Made by a program: the position numbers and the translations under genes. Shown here piece after piece: positions 33,684-43,705 of a DNA stretch of 55,260 nt; within the stretch, counting starts at the first letter, position 1, and each line of letters starts with the position of its first letter. The DNA comes from Minisyncoccota bacterium (GTDB taxonomy: Bacteria; Patescibacteriota; Minisyncoccia; Phycocordibacterales; SBAW01), in assembly GCA_035548815.1 (NCBI GenBank), contig DASZSF010000004.1:1-55260 (forward strand), written 5' to 3'. Below the pieces are notes generated by a model that was given only the letters and a program-made list of their open reading frames with translations, ran no database searches and was not told the origin of the DNA.

Positions 33684-33687
33684 AGAA

Positions 33688-34425
33688 TTAGAACTGATTG
33701 ATGAAGCGGAGATCAGCCGAATGCATGTGACGCACGTCATCTATCGCCCAGCGCAAAAGCGCCAAACGATCGAGCCCCATGCCGAATGCAAAGCCGCGAT
33801 ACTTCTTTGGGTCAACGCCTGCGTTCTTCAGCACATTCGGGTGCACCATGCCCGCGCCCATCATCTCAATCCATCGGCCGCGCAATTTTTCTGGCACGTT
33901 CTCGCCATCGATACGTGCATCTACTTCGACCCCAGGTTCAACGAATGGGAAGAAGCTCGGGCGGAATCGCACCTCCACGTTTGCTCCGCGAAAGAGCTCC
34001 TTGTAAAACGCGTCAATAGTTCCTTTCAAATGCGCGAGCGTAATATCTTCGCCCACAGCCAACCCTTCAAGCTGGAAGAATTCTGCTTCATGTGTCATGT
34101 CGGTTGCTTCATTTCGAAACACTTTGCCTGGCACGATAATCCGATACGGCGGTTCAATGCCCTTTTTCATCTGCTCTTCCATGTAGCGCACCTGCACCGG
34201 ACTTGTCTGCGTACGGAGCACCATCTCTTTTTCGTCCTTCATAAAGAAGGTATCTTGCATATCGCGCGCCGGATGATCTTTCGGGACGTTCAAGGCATCA
34301 AAGTTGTACCACTCGCTTTCAACGAGCGGACCTGAAGCAAACGTGAAGCCCATCTTTGAGAAAATATCGTTGGCTTCGCGTATGAGCGAGCTTATCGGAT
34401 GTATATGTCCGCGGTCAGAATCCAT
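33688..34425 (-). CDS. pheS: Phenylalanine--tRNA ligase alpha subunit, short form lacking the N-terminal coiled-coil
   Basis: 245 aa with NVPKDHPARDMQDTFF, FRNEATDMTHEAEFFQLEG and GMGLDRLALL. Confidence 0.9.
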   Translation of the reverse strand: MDSDRGHIHPISSLIREANDIFSKMGFTFASGPLVESEWYNFDALNVPKDHPARDMQDTFFMKDEKEMVLRTQTSPVQVRYMEEQMKKGIEPPYRIIVPGKVFRNEATDMTHEAEFFQLEGLAVGEDITLAHLKGTIDAFYKELFRGANVEVRFRPSFFPFVEPGVEVDARIDGENVPEKLRGRWIEMMGAGMVHPNVLKNAGVDPKKYRGFAFGMGLDRLALLRWAIDDVRHMHSADLRFINQF

Positions 34426-34463
34426 AGGGAAAATATAGCAGAATATGCTATACTAGGCGAACG

Positions 34464-35711
34464 ATGAGCGGCGCCCTGCTTGCCTATATTTTCATATTTT
34501 TAGGGATCTTCTTCGAGTCTTTTATGCTCGTAACCTTCCTCTCTAAACCTGCTCGCACCGCGCGCGCGAGGCCTACCACGACCAAAACTCCTCATGTAGC
34601 ACTGATTATCCCCTGCTACAACGAGGAAGATACAGTTGAACTCTCGATCAAAGCCGCATTGCGCGTTGATTACCCTGCCGACAAGTTTCAGCTTGTCGTC
34701 GTAAATGACGGTTCAAAAGACAAGACGTGGGAGATAATGCAGAAGTTTAAAGATCATCCGCAAATCTTGCTCATAAACCAGAAGAACGGCGGCAAGCATA
34801 CTGCGCTTAATGCCGGCATCGCTGCAACCACGGCCGAGATAGTCGGATGTTTGGATGCCGATACCGTGCTTGAGCCAGACGCCCTCAAACGCACGCTTGT
34901 CTGCTTCGACAAGCCAAACGTCGCAGCAGCAATGTCTTCAATTTCAATTCGAACACCGCGCGGTCTGCTTGAACGCATGCAGAGCGCAGAATATACCGTC
35001 GGCATTTTTTATCGCCACGCACTCTCCTCTATAAATGCGATGTACGTTACCCCTGGTCCTTTTTCTTTGTACCGCCGCAGCGTTCTCGAAAAGGTTGGCG
35101 GATTCGTATACGGCCAGCAAACCGAAGACATGGAAATGGCCCTGCGTCTCCAGCGCGAAGGCTACGAAATAGACAATATGCCGCGCGCGCTTGTGACAAC
35201 CCACGCAATGGACACGCTCCCGAAGCTTATGCGCCAGCGCATGCGCTGGACAAGCGGCTTCTTCCGCAATGTTCTATTTGATTATCGAGATCTCTTGAGC
35301 TACAAGCACGGCGTGCTTGGATATCTGATTTTGCCATTCGGTCTTATTGCTCCTATTGCAATACTTTCAATTTTTTCCTTCACGATATATCGCATTTTGC
35401 ACGCAATAATAACAGCATTTGAGATTCGCCAAGGCATACCTTTTGATTGGTATTTCCACTGGCCAGCACTGTTGCACACGGCTACGTGGTTCTACACTCC
35501 CATTTCTATATTTGGTTTGCTTGGCATAATCGCAGCCGGACTCGGCATCGCTATGATGGTTGTAGGAAAGCGGGTCTCAAACGCTCCAACAAACCTCTTT
35601 GCCGATGCAATTTGCTATTTATTGTTGTACGGCTTTGTTGCACCATTGTGGTATCTCCGCGCAACTGCTGATGTAATTACCGGCACCCGACGCGGCTGGC
35701 GAATTGAATAA
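34464..35711 (+). CDS. Family 2 glycosyltransferase, processive membrane-integrated synthase type
   Basis: PCYNEE, NDGSKD, DADT (DxD) and QRMRWTSG (QxxRW) are present, flanked by TM helices. Confidence 0.8.
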   Translation: MSGALLAYIFIFLGIFFESFMLVTFLSKPARTARARPTTTKTPHVALIIPCYNEEDTVELSIKAALRVDYPADKFQLVVVNDGSKDKTWEIMQKFKDHPQILLINQKNGGKHTALNAGIAATTAEIVGCLDADTVLEPDALKRTLVCFDKPNVAAAMSSISIRTPRGLLERMQSAEYTVGIFYRHALSSINAMYVTPGPFSLYRRSVLEKVGGFVYGQQTEDMEMALRLQREGYEIDNMPRALVTTHAMDTLPKLMRQRMRWTSGFFRNVLFDYRDLLSYKHGVLGYLILPFGLIAPIAILSIFSFTIYRILHAIITAFEIRQGIPFDWYFHWPALLHTATWFYTPISIFGLLGIIAAGLGIAMMVVGKRVSNAPTNLFADAICYLLLYGFVAPLWYLRATADVITGTRRGWRIE

Positions 35712-35716
35712 AAGAT

Positions 35717-36391
35717 ATGTCTCTCGCCACACGCAACGTTCTCATCGCGCTTTGTATTACCATCGCTATTGGCGCATCGGTTATCTACTCGGTCAATTAT
35801 CTCAATAGCCTGCGTATAAAAGACCTCAATTCGACGCAGCAAAAACTGTCTGTCGATACACTTTCACTCGAAACACAGATATCTCTTCTTGAAAGCTCGC
35901 CTTGTTCAATTATCAGCCACACAAGCGAGCTGACATCCGAGCTAGACGACCTCGGCAAGCGCCTTTCCTACACTGAAAGCCAGTTGGGCTCGAACGACAG
36001 CCAGGTTATTTTGCTCAAACAGCAATACAGTTTGCTTGAAATACGCGACTACCTTGTGACCGAAAAGTTCTCAGAAACCTGCCACACTAACCAGGTTACG
36101 GTCCTCTATTTCTATTCAAACGACAAGAACTGTGCAGACTGCGACAAGGCTGGTTATGCGCTTTCGTATCTGCACGACGCATACCCTAACATCCGTGTCT
36201 ATTCCTTCGATTACAATCTCGACTTGGGAGCACTTAAAACGCTCATCTCTCTTGAAAAAGTCGGCAGCGGTCTTCCCGCGTTTGTGATAAACAACAAAGT
36301 AAGCTACGGATTTACTGACTTGGATACACTTAAAACGCTCTTCCCTAAAGGGACATTTGCAACAAGCACTGCGACCACAACTGGGCACTAA
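35717..36391 (+). CDS. Membrane-anchored protein with a thioredoxin-like C-terminal region (CADC motif)
   Basis: It has an N-terminal TM helix and a coiled segment. VTVLYFYSNDKNCADCDKAGYAL is Trx-fold-like, but the family is uncertain. Confidence 0.45.
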   Translation: MSLATRNVLIALCITIAIGASVIYSVNYLNSLRIKDLNSTQQKLSVDTLSLETQISLLESSPCSIISHTSELTSELDDLGKRLSYTESQLGSNDSQVILLKQQYSLLEIRDYLVTEKFSETCHTNQVTVLYFYSNDKNCADCDKAGYALSYLHDAYPNIRVYSFDYNLDLGALKTLISLEKVGSGLPAFVINNKVSYGFTDLDTLKTLFPKGTFATSTATTTGH

Positions 36392-36394
36392 TTT

Positions 36395-36470
36395 TGGAGC
36401 CGCCTCCCAGATTCGAACTGGGGACCTTCTCTTTACAAAAGAGTTGCTCTACCAACTGAGCTAAGGCGGC
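36395..36470 (-). tRNA. trnT: tRNA-Thr (anticodon UGU), CCA encoded
   Basis: The reverse complement folds as a cloverleaf: GCCGCCT-TA-GCTC-AGTTGGTA-GAGC-A-ACTCT-TTTGTAA-AGAGA-AGGTC-CCCAG-TTCGAAT-CTGGG-AGGCGGC-T-CCA. Confidence 0.9.
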
Positions 36471-36498
36471 GTGTGTTTTGTTTCGTACCTTGACCCTA

Positions 36499-36927
36499 TT
36501 ACCCTTCTTCTACTTCTGAAACCTGAGCTTTGCGCTTCGATGCTTTTTTTGAAAGCAATGTGCGCTTGTGCGCTGCAACCTCACGCAAAAATTCTGACGC
36601 TTCACGGTTCGTGCGCGGCTGCTCGGTCACGCCGCGCAAATGTCGAAGCATGTGCTCAAGTCCTTGTTCAGTCGCAAGCAGCATATGTGCAGCGGCTCGG
36701 TGAAGCCATTCCTCTGCACGCTTTGCTGCCCGTGTACCTGAGGACGAAAGAAGTCCGGGCAAGGCACGTTCGAACCATGCCACGACAGTGCGTGCAAACG
36801 CGTTAATCTTTGGGCGCGCGCCAGCGAGCACCATGCGGCCGGTCTCAAGCTCCCATCGTTTTATAGAAAAGAGCGACACGAGCCCCGCAATGGAGATGAG
36901 CAAGGTGGCAATGAAGAGGAGCTCCAT
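36499..36927 (-). CDS. Hypothetical membrane-anchored protein (142 aa)
   Basis: It has an N-terminal TM helix (MELLFIATLLISIAGLVSLF) followed by a basic helical region. I recognise no family. Confidence 0.5.
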   Translation of the reverse strand: MELLFIATLLISIAGLVSLFSIKRWELETGRMVLAGARPKINAFARTVVAWFERALPGLLSSSGTRAAKRAEEWLHRAAAHMLLATEQGLEHMLRHLRGVTEQPRTNREASEFLREVAAHKRTLLSKKASKRKAQVSEVEEG

Positions 36928-36943
36928 ACTCCAAGTCTAGCCC

Positions 36944-37399
36944 TTAGCGGACTGAAAAACAACTGACTTTCGCTACCTCAACACGTTCACCAAATTTTTG
37001 AGTTGCGCCGGAAAGGAGATCTTTGATTGTCTTTGACGGATCCTTGATGAACTGTTCAGTCATGAGCGTTTCGACATCTTCATTGCGCATTGCAGAAACA
37101 TGCATTGCGATATCGCGTGCGAGCGCAGCAAATTCTTCGTTCTTAGATACAAAGTCAGTTTCACAGACAAGAAGTACCATAGCGCCAACTTGTCCTGTGT
37201 TGTGAATATACGATGCTACCATGCCTGCGCCCAATTCGCGGTCAGCTTTTTTAGCAGCAATGACAGACGAGCGTGCTTGGAGAAGCTCTACTGCTTTGTC
37301 CATGTTGCCCTCTGCTTCTTCGAGCGCTTTCTTGCACTCCATCATTGAAATCCCAGTCTTGTCGCGAAGTTCTTTTACTGCCTCTGCGCTGATTGCCAT
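36944..37399 (-). CDS. tsf: Elongation factor Ts, short form
   Basis: VKELRDKTGISMMECKKALEEAEGNMDKAVELL is the UBA-like N-terminus. It lies downstream of rpsB. Confidence 0.85.
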   Translation of the reverse strand: MAISAEAVKELRDKTGISMMECKKALEEAEGNMDKAVELLQARSSVIAAKKADRELGAGMVASYIHNTGQVGAMVLLVCETDFVSKNEEFAALARDIAMHVSAMRNEDVETLMTEQFIKDPSKTIKDLLSGATQKFGERVEVAKVSCFSVR

Positions 37400-37443
37400 A
37401 GAAAAAATCTTTTAGTTTTTAAGTACCGACTCTACTATACACA

Positions 37444-38169
37444 CTATGCCTGTACCGCTGCGAGAGATTCAGGATTAGGCGCCGAACCCATGTTTGTTTC
37501 GTATGCTTTTGCGACTTCATCAAGAACGTATGCGATGACTTTGGTGTTCGCATCGTTTGCCGGTATCGGGTACTGAATGCCTAGAACGCTGCAGTCAGAG
37601 TTCAAGAGCGCAATAACAGGAATATTCAATTGCTTGGCTTCTGCCATAACGCCTGACTCCTGCTTAGGGTCAACCACGAAGATTGCATCCGGGAGTTTAT
37701 GCATGCCTTTGAGACCTCCAAACATTGTTTCCAAATCTGCGAGCTGGCGGTCAATGAGAAGGCGTTCGTGCTTGGTGTACTTTGCGAGTTCGCCCTTTTC
37801 ACGCTCTGCGGTGCGGTCAGTGAGCAAGGTGACGCGCTTCTTGATTTCAGAAAAGTTAGTGAGCGTACCGCCGATCCAGCGTGATGCAACAAACGGCTGG
37901 TTAAGGCGTTCTGCCGCGCGCTTGAGCGATTCGCGAGCTTCAGCTTTACCGCCAACAAAGAGGATCGTCTTGCGGGATGCTGCCATGGTCTTCACGAACT
38001 CAAGAGCCGAATTCAGCGCCCCTGCGGTCTGCTCCAAGTCGAACAATTCGGTGCCACCTTTGGTACCAAACAAATACGGCGCGACCGACGGATGGCGGCG
38101 CGAAGGGGCATAGCCAAAGTGGGCTCCGATCTTGAAAAGGGTATCTATTACTGAATTATTTTGCTCCAT
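37444..38169 (-). CDS. rpsB: 30S ribosomal protein uS2
   Basis: 241 aa in the rpsB-tsf context, with LFKIGAHFGYAPSRRHP and IPVIALLNSDC. Confidence 0.9.
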   Translation of the reverse strand: MEQNNSVIDTLFKIGAHFGYAPSRRHPSVAPYLFGTKGGTELFDLEQTAGALNSALEFVKTMAASRKTILFVGGKAEARESLKRAAERLNQPFVASRWIGGTLTNFSEIKKRVTLLTDRTAEREKGELAKYTKHERLLIDRQLADLETMFGGLKGMHKLPDAIFVVDPKQESGVMAEAKQLNIPVIALLNSDCSVLGIQYPIPANDANTKVIAYVLDEVAKAYETNMGSAPNPESLAAVQA

Positions 38170-38199
38170 AACGGTTGTCCTAAGGTATCACGCGCACGT

Positions 38200-39174
38200 C
38201 TATTCTGCAACCTCTTCTGCGGCTGCCAGACCCCCTGCCGAACCCGCCTCCACGGCGTCTAAAATAGGGCCGATATTGCCTTCCATAATGAGGGGCAGAT
38301 TGTGCCAGCTCTCCTTAAGCCGGTGGTCGGTCACGCGGTCCTGCAGGACATTATAGGTGCGGATCTTTTCCGAACGGTCCGCAGTGCCTATCTGGCTCTT
38401 TCGGTCGGCAGAAAGTTTTGCAGCCTCCCTTTCCTCCTCGTACTGCTCGAGTTTTGCCAAAAGCACCGCCATCGCTTTTTCGCGGTTGCCGAGCTGGTTG
38501 CGTTCCGACTGCGAGCGAGCTTCCAAACCCGTTGGCTTGTGTACGATGCGCACAGCAGTTTCAACTTTGTTGACGTTCTGTCCGCCTGCGCCGCCTGCGC
38601 GCGAAAATTCCATTTCAATGTCCGCAGGATTTATTTCAATCTTGTGTTTTTTGCGTATAGGCAATATAGCGACCGACGCCGTCGAAGTATGCACGCGTCC
38701 GCCCTTTTCAGTTGCTGGAATGCGCTGGACTCGGTGCACGCCAGTTTCAAAACGCATGCGGCGATATACATCAAGGCCTTTAATTTCAAGCACAACTTCT
38801 TTATAGCCGCCCAGGTCAGTCTTAGACTCCGAGACGGCGCGTGCAGACCACCCCTGTGTTGCTGCATACGCTTGGTACATATGAGCCAACTCTTCAGCAA
38901 AAAGCGCGGCCTCTTCCCCGCCGACACCCGCGCGAATTTCCATAATCGCTTCGTTCGGGAACTCTTCTTCCTGTTTTTCCTTTTCCAATATTTTCTCCAT
39001 CTCGGCGATGATGGCAGTTTTTTGCTCTTCAATGCGGGCAAGCTCATCTTTCGCAAGGTCGCCCAAGTCACCTGCACCAAGCTCTTTCACTTCGGCTTCC
39101 TCTGCAAGCAAACGTTCAAGCTCCGCTGCGAAATATGCGGTTTTTGGATTGTCTTTGTATTTAGAGATGTCCAT
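38200..39174 (-). CDS. prfA: Peptide chain release factor 1
   Basis: The PAT tripeptide ([14 protein letters not shown]) and the GGQ motif ([17 protein letters not shown]) are present. There is no RF2-type frameshift site. Confidence 0.85.
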   Translation of the reverse strand: MDISKYKDNPKTAYFAAELERLLAEEAEVKELGAGDLGDLAKDELARIEEQKTAIIAEMEKILEKEKQEEEFPNEAIMEIRAGVGGEEAALFAEELAHMYQAYAATQGWSARAVSESKTDLGGYKEVVLEIKGLDVYRRMRFETGVHRVQRIPATEKGGRVHTSTASVAILPIRKKHKIEINPADIEMEFSRAGGAGGQNVNKVETAVRIVHKPTGLEARSQSERNQLGNREKAMAVLLAKLEQYEEEREAAKLSADRKSQIGTADRSEKIRTYNVLQDRVTDHRLKESWHNLPLIMEGNIGPILDAVEAGSAGGLAAAEEVAE

Positions 39175-39264
39175 GACGAAACAAGAACTTCTCGAAAGAA
39201 GGTCTGGCCGAGGCTTTGCGAGGAGACCCGAGGACCCTTTTGAGAGAAGGTTCTTGGGTAGTAC

Positions 39265-39474
39265 TTACTTCTTAGCAGCAGCGCGGCGTGCCTTGAATTT
39301 CTCGACGCGGCCAGCAGTGTCGAGAATCTTTTCGTTGCCAGTGTAGAACGGATGGCATGCGCTGCAGATTTCGACAGAGAGTTTTGCCTGCGTAGAACCC
39401 ACAGTAAAGGCGCGGCCACATACGCACGTGACGTTCGCTTCCTTAAAGTATTCCGGGTGGGTTTCTGCTTTCAT
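39265..39474 (-). CDS. rpmE: 50S ribosomal protein bL31
   Basis: The ATG at 39474 gives [20 protein letters not shown]...[10 protein letters not shown]. Confidence 0.85.
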   Translation of the reverse strand: MKAETHPEYFKEANVTCVCGRAFTVGSTQAKLSVEICSACHPFYTGNEKILDTAGRVEKFKARRAAAKK

Positions 39475-39529
39475 ACAAACCATCGTAGCACGCAATGGGC
39501 TTCAAATCAAGCCCACATGAGCCTGTATT

Positions 39530-40900
39530 TTAAAGGTTATTGTCCTTCAAGAAGTTGATGTTTTGCTGGTATTGGTCAGCAAAGGACAAGACGCTATTTG
39601 CATACGAAATCCCGAGCGTCGCCCAATTCGAACCTGCATAGTACTGCGCAGCAGCTTTGCGCTCAGCGCTGTATGTTTGCGCTCCAGCGCCTAAGTCTTT
39701 CATATAGAGCGCGGTTGCCATAATTGCATCCCCCGCTTTCCATGGGTCTGCAACCGCAGAACCTGTCGCCACTTCAATGCGATTTTCGTAGCTCTTCCAG
39801 GTTGACGGGATGAATTGCGACGGACCCATAGCGCCGCCATATCCGACAGACTGCGGACATGACACAACCTGGCTGTACGGGTCGATGCCGAGCCTCTGCG
39901 TAATATCCATAAAGACCGGCACATCGCGCGTTGGATGCATGACCTTAGCAAATGGTGTGCCTGTATTCTTGCCTTTGCCGGCGCCGGTTGTCGCGTCTGT
40001 CAGCAAACACTGGCCAACGTTGGTGCCTAGGTTAGATTCCTGACGCAAAATACCAAGAATGAACGCTGCGCGTACACCTGTCTTTGCTTCGGCATCTTGC
40101 GCATATTGAAGCGCTGTCTCGAATGTAATGCCTTGCGCGTCGCGAAGATTGAAGAGCGCGTTGCGGATCTGTGTTGCCTGCGCCTGCTTCTGCGCCAACA
40201 CCTTGTTATATGCGCTTTCTTGACCCTTGGTTACTGTCAGCTCCTGTGCTTTTTGAGCCTTTGCATTTGACACCGTTTGCTGCAACACCTGGGCATCGTG
40301 CTTGGCGTCAAGCTGCTGGTCCTGTTGGGCAGCAAGTTGATCTTGCTGAGCTTGCGTTTCTGTCTTGATGCCCAAGAGCTCATTCATGTGGTTCTGAAGC
40401 GCACCATTGAGCGAATCTATCGTAGTCATCGTACTGAAAAAATCAGAAAGGGTGCCTGAGGCAAGTGCTAGCTCGACGAGCGATGTTGATTCAGCCTGCT
40501 GGCGTTCACGCATCAACTTTCCCAGCGAATCTTTGCTGTCTTGGAGTTTTTCCTGAAGCGTCTGCACGACAGCGGCCTTTTGGGTTATCTGGTCCCCAAG
40601 CTGTGTTATGACGTTCGTACGCTGTTTGATCTCAGCCTGAGCTTTTGATATCGCCGCATTGAGCGACGTGACGTCGCCCTGCAGGCTCGCCTCTTTTGCA
40701 CGCGTGTCATCTATAACCTTCTGGTACGTAGCGATTTCCTGTTGGAGCTGATCATACTGGGCCTGCAGTTGGGCGCGCTGTTCAGGGGTCAGCGTATCAG
40801 CGTGCGCTTTTGGCAGGACAAAAAAAGAGACGGTAAAGATTCCTACAGTCATTGCTACGGAAACGGCGAACAGCACACTATATCGCCCAACACTACTCAT
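39530..40900 (-). CDS. Secreted peptidoglycan hydrolase: Gln-rich coiled-coil N-terminal half plus a lysozyme-like/lytic transglycosylase C-terminal domain
   Basis: It has a signal anchor and about 230 aa of coiled coil. The C-terminal region contains ILRQESNLG...GPSQFIPSTW. Confidence 0.6.
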   Translation of the reverse strand: MSSVGRYSVLFAVSVAMTVGIFTVSFFVLPKAHADTLTPEQRAQLQAQYDQLQQEIATYQKVIDDTRAKEASLQGDVTSLNAAISKAQAEIKQRTNVITQLGDQITQKAAVVQTLQEKLQDSKDSLGKLMRERQQAESTSLVELALASGTLSDFFSTMTTIDSLNGALQNHMNELLGIKTETQAQQDQLAAQQDQQLDAKHDAQVLQQTVSNAKAQKAQELTVTKGQESAYNKVLAQKQAQATQIRNALFNLRDAQGITFETALQYAQDAEAKTGVRAAFILGILRQESNLGTNVGQCLLTDATTGAGKGKNTGTPFAKVMHPTRDVPVFMDITQRLGIDPYSQVVSCPQSVGYGGAMGPSQFIPSTWKSYENRIEVATGSAVADPWKAGDAIMATALYMKDLGAGAQTYSAERKAAAQYYAGSNWATLGISYANSVLSFADQYQQNINFLKDNNL

Positions 40901-40956
40901 CCTTCTAGTGTAACAAAAATCCCGCCTTTGTGGGCAGGTTTTGTGAATTATTTAGA

Positions 40957-41598
40957 TTATTCGGTTTCAGCAGCAGGAGCCTCTTCTTCTTTCTTACCGC
41001 GCTCAACGCTGGTCTCGATTGATGAAAGGTCCATAGGAGCGGCTTCTTCAACTTCTTCTTTTGCCGTATCTACAAGAGCGACAACTTCATCGGTCGGCAC
41101 AGTGATGATTGCGCTCGCTGGGAGCTTCAAATCACCAACAAAAATTTTATCTTCGAGAGTTTTGAGTGATGAAATATCTACGTGAATTGCTTGCGGAAGG
41201 TCCTTCGGCATAACTTCCATTTCAAGTTCGTGCATGACCTTCACCAAGATGCCGCCTAAATCTTTGACCGCCGGAGAAACACCATCGAATTCAAGTGGAA
41301 CCGAAACGGTAACAGTCTGGCCCTTCTCGATTGCGTAAAAATCAGCGTGGAGCGGTTCGCCCGAAACAGCGTGGAATTCTACGTCATGGATGAGTGCATC
41401 CTTTTCTTCGCCCAAGCCCTTGAGCGTAATGACGGTCGAAGAGCCTGCTGTTTTAAATACTTTTTCAAATTCGCGGCGAGGAATGGAGATAGGGGTCGAC
41501 TCCTCGCTGCGGCCATAAATTACCGCAGGCATAAGGCCTTCCTTGCGGTACTGGCCCGCCTTTTTAGCTGTATCGCGCTTTTCTACCGTCAATTGCAT
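40957..41598 (-). CDS. rplY: 50S ribosomal protein bL25 (Ctc form)
   Basis: The ATG at 41598 gives MQLTVEKRDTAKKAGQYRKEGLMPAVIYGR. Confidence 0.85.
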   Translation of the reverse strand: MQLTVEKRDTAKKAGQYRKEGLMPAVIYGRSEESTPISIPRREFEKVFKTAGSSTVITLKGLGEEKDALIHDVEFHAVSGEPLHADFYAIEKGQTVTVSVPLEFDGVSPAVKDLGGILVKVMHELEMEVMPKDLPQAIHVDISSLKTLEDKIFVGDLKLPASAIITVPTDEVVALVDTAKEEVEEAAPMDLSSIETSVERGKKEEEAPAAETE

Positions 41599-41622
41599 GA
41601 TTCGAGAAATATACAAGAAAAG

Positions 41623-42480
41623 CTACGCATTTGCAAACAGGCGTAACTTTTGGGCTACGTAGGCCTGCATGGCATCGACTGCCGGGGTCAAAAACTTATA
41701 CGGAGCAACTTCGTGCGTTGAAGTTAGAGCTTTTTCGAGCGACTCTTTATATATAACACGCAAGTCGGTGTTGATGTGGATCATAACAACACCCGCCGCG
41801 ATGGCTTGGCGGAATTCGTCGTCCGACGAGCCCGAACCGCCATGCAACACAAGCGGTACCGGCGAGACGGCCGCAAGTGCACCAATACGTTCGATAGAAA
41901 GCTTCGGCTGGCCCGATTGCACGAGGCCATGGATATTACCTACAGCCGGGGCCATTAAGTCAGCGCCTGTTTCCTGTACGAACTTCACAAGTTCGTCCGG
42001 CTTGGTCATCATTTCTTCAGTAACGGCGGCGCCTTCTGGCAATATGTCGTGCACATCCGAACCTGTGCCGATATACCCAAGCTCACCTTCTACCAAGACA
42101 TCACCTCCTGCCGCTTTTGCATACTTCACTGCAGTCTGGAGCAACAGCACATTCTCTGCAAATGAAAGCTGAGCACCATCAACGACAACAGAATCAACGC
42201 CATCGGCAAGCGCAGCCTGAACTTTTTCGATGCTGTAGGTGTGGTCGGCATTTAAATATATCTCTGCCCCGTGTGCATTGTAGTAATCAACGAGTGCACG
42301 AGCTTCTGCAAGGGGAAAGAATTCCCGTTCGCCTTCTGAAAGTCCGACGGCGACGGGTAGCTTGCATTCCATCGCAGCGTTTGCAATTGCGGCAAGCTGA
42401 TTTGAATCAGAAAAATTAAAATGCCCGAGCGCTTTTTTTTCATGTGCGTATTGTGCAATAACTTCCCGCAAGGTTTTCAT
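41623..42480 (-). CDS. fba: Class II fructose/tagatose-bisphosphate aldolase
   Basis: 285 aa with GHFNFSD, ADHTYS and LVLHGGSGS, typical of class II FBA family members. Confidence 0.8.
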   Translation of the reverse strand: MKTLREVIAQYAHEKKALGHFNFSDSNQLAAIANAAMECKLPVAVGLSEGEREFFPLAEARALVDYYNAHGAEIYLNADHTYSIEKVQAALADGVDSVVVDGAQLSFAENVLLLQTAVKYAKAAGGDVLVEGELGYIGTGSDVHDILPEGAAVTEEMMTKPDELVKFVQETGADLMAPAVGNIHGLVQSGQPKLSIERIGALAAVSPVPLVLHGGSGSSDDEFRQAIAAGVVMIHINTDLRVIYKESLEKALTSTHEVAPYKFLTPAVDAMQAYVAQKLRLFANA

Positions 42481-42498
42481 ACGCGCAGTATACTATAT

Positions 42499-43506
42499 AT
42501 GTATATGGACAGCGTACTGGACTTCTTTGCTATTGGCGACATCGTCACCGAACCCTTTATACGCCTCAAAGAGGCCGAAGTGCACTGCAGATTGGACTCA
42601 GAGACATGCGAGATCTGCATGCGCTGGGGCGACAAAATCCCCTACGAGTCGTTTACGCTCGTTGCGGCTGTAGGAAATGCATCGAACGCCGCGGTCGCCG
42701 CCGCGAGGCTTGGACTTACATCCGCATTGCGCGCATATATCGGCCAAGACCGCTACGGCGAAGACTGTCTTGAAGTTCTCAGGAAAGAAAAAGTCGACAC
42801 GGGCTTTATGGTCAAAGATCCGTCACGCCCTTCGAACTATCACTATGTGCTGTGGTACGAAACCGAACGCACCATCCTCGTCAAACACGAAAATTATGAC
42901 TACCGGCTGCCTCAAATTCCACCTTCCGTGAAATGGATGTACCTTTCTTCCCTTGCAGACAACTCGCTTCCCTATCACCAAGAAATCGCAGCGTGGCTCG
43001 CCGCACATCCAGACACAAAACTCACCTTCCAACCTGGCACATTTCAGATGAAATTGGGCGCTCCCGCACTCAAAGGGATTTACGAACGTACAGAATTATT
43101 TGTCTGCAACAAAGCAGAATCGGAACGCATCCTTGGGTTGGAACAGACGGATGACAAAAAAATATTACTGGATGGACTACATGCGCTTGGTCCAAAAATC
43201 GTCGTTATTACAGACGACCGCAAGGGCGCCTATGCGCGCAGCGAAGATGGTCAGTATTGGTACGTGCCAATGTACCCAGACACTCGTCCGCCATATGAAC
43301 GCACTGGCGCCGGAGATGCGTTTGCATCAAGCATCACTGCGGCGCTCGCGCTTGGCCTCCCGCTTGAACAAGCGCTGTTGTGGGGGCCAGTCAACGCTAT
43401 GTGTGTCGTGCAGGAAATTGGCGCGCAGAAAGGACTGCTCACCCGCACGCAACTAGAAGAATATATAAAAAACGCCCCTGCGGAATTCGCACTTTCGAGT
43501 CTCTAA
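42499..43506 (+). CDS. pfkB/ribokinase-family carbohydrate kinase
   Basis: The C-terminal TGAGDAFASS motif is present. The start is ATG 42499 or ATG 42505. The track ORF begins inside fba. Confidence 0.75.
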   Translation: MYMDSVLDFFAIGDIVTEPFIRLKEAEVHCRLDSETCEICMRWGDKIPYESFTLVAAVGNASNAAVAAARLGLTSALRAYIGQDRYGEDCLEVLRKEKVDTGFMVKDPSRPSNYHYVLWYETERTILVKHENYDYRLPQIPPSVKWMYLSSLADNSLPYHQEIAAWLAAHPDTKLTFQPGTFQMKLGAPALKGIYERTELFVCNKAESERILGLEQTDDKKILLDGLHALGPKIVVITDDRKGAYARSEDGQYWYVPMYPDTRPPYERTGAGDAFASSITAALALGLPLEQALLWGPVNAMCVVQEIGAQKGLLTRTQLEEYIKNAPAEFALSSL

Positions 43507-43688
43507 TTGTCCTCGAGCGTCGTGTGCTCTATGATCGTCTTCGCCATGGCGTTGGCTATGGGATTTTCGCCGAACGCGGCATGCCAAATGAGCAAGCCCG
43601 CCCCGAGTGCAAAGCTCCCCACGAACAAAAGGCTGATAGCCGGGTTTATCCACGAGCGGAATATTGAAACGTTCCGTTGCGTGAGCAT
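43503..43688 (-). CDS. Possible small membrane protein (61 aa)
   Basis: This track ORF fills the gap downstream of tktC and has one hydrophobic helix. Support is weak. Confidence 0.3.
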   Translation of the reverse strand: MLTQRNVSIFRSWINPAISLLFVGSFALGAGLLIWHAAFGENPIANAMAKTIIEHTTLEDN

Positions 43689-43705
43689 GTACCAACAGTA
43701 TACCG

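Noticed and set aside
36395-36470. I checked the tRNA for an intron, a missing CCA or an odd anticodon that might hint at recoding.
   Set aside because: It is an ordinary 76-nt tRNA-Thr(UGU) with an encoded CCA. The only irregularity is an A27-A43 mismatch at the top of the anticodon stem.
38200-39174. I checked the release factor gene for the RF2-type programmed +1 frameshift.
   Set aside because: The protein carries the RF1 PAT tripeptide and is a single intact frame, so no recoding signal is needed.
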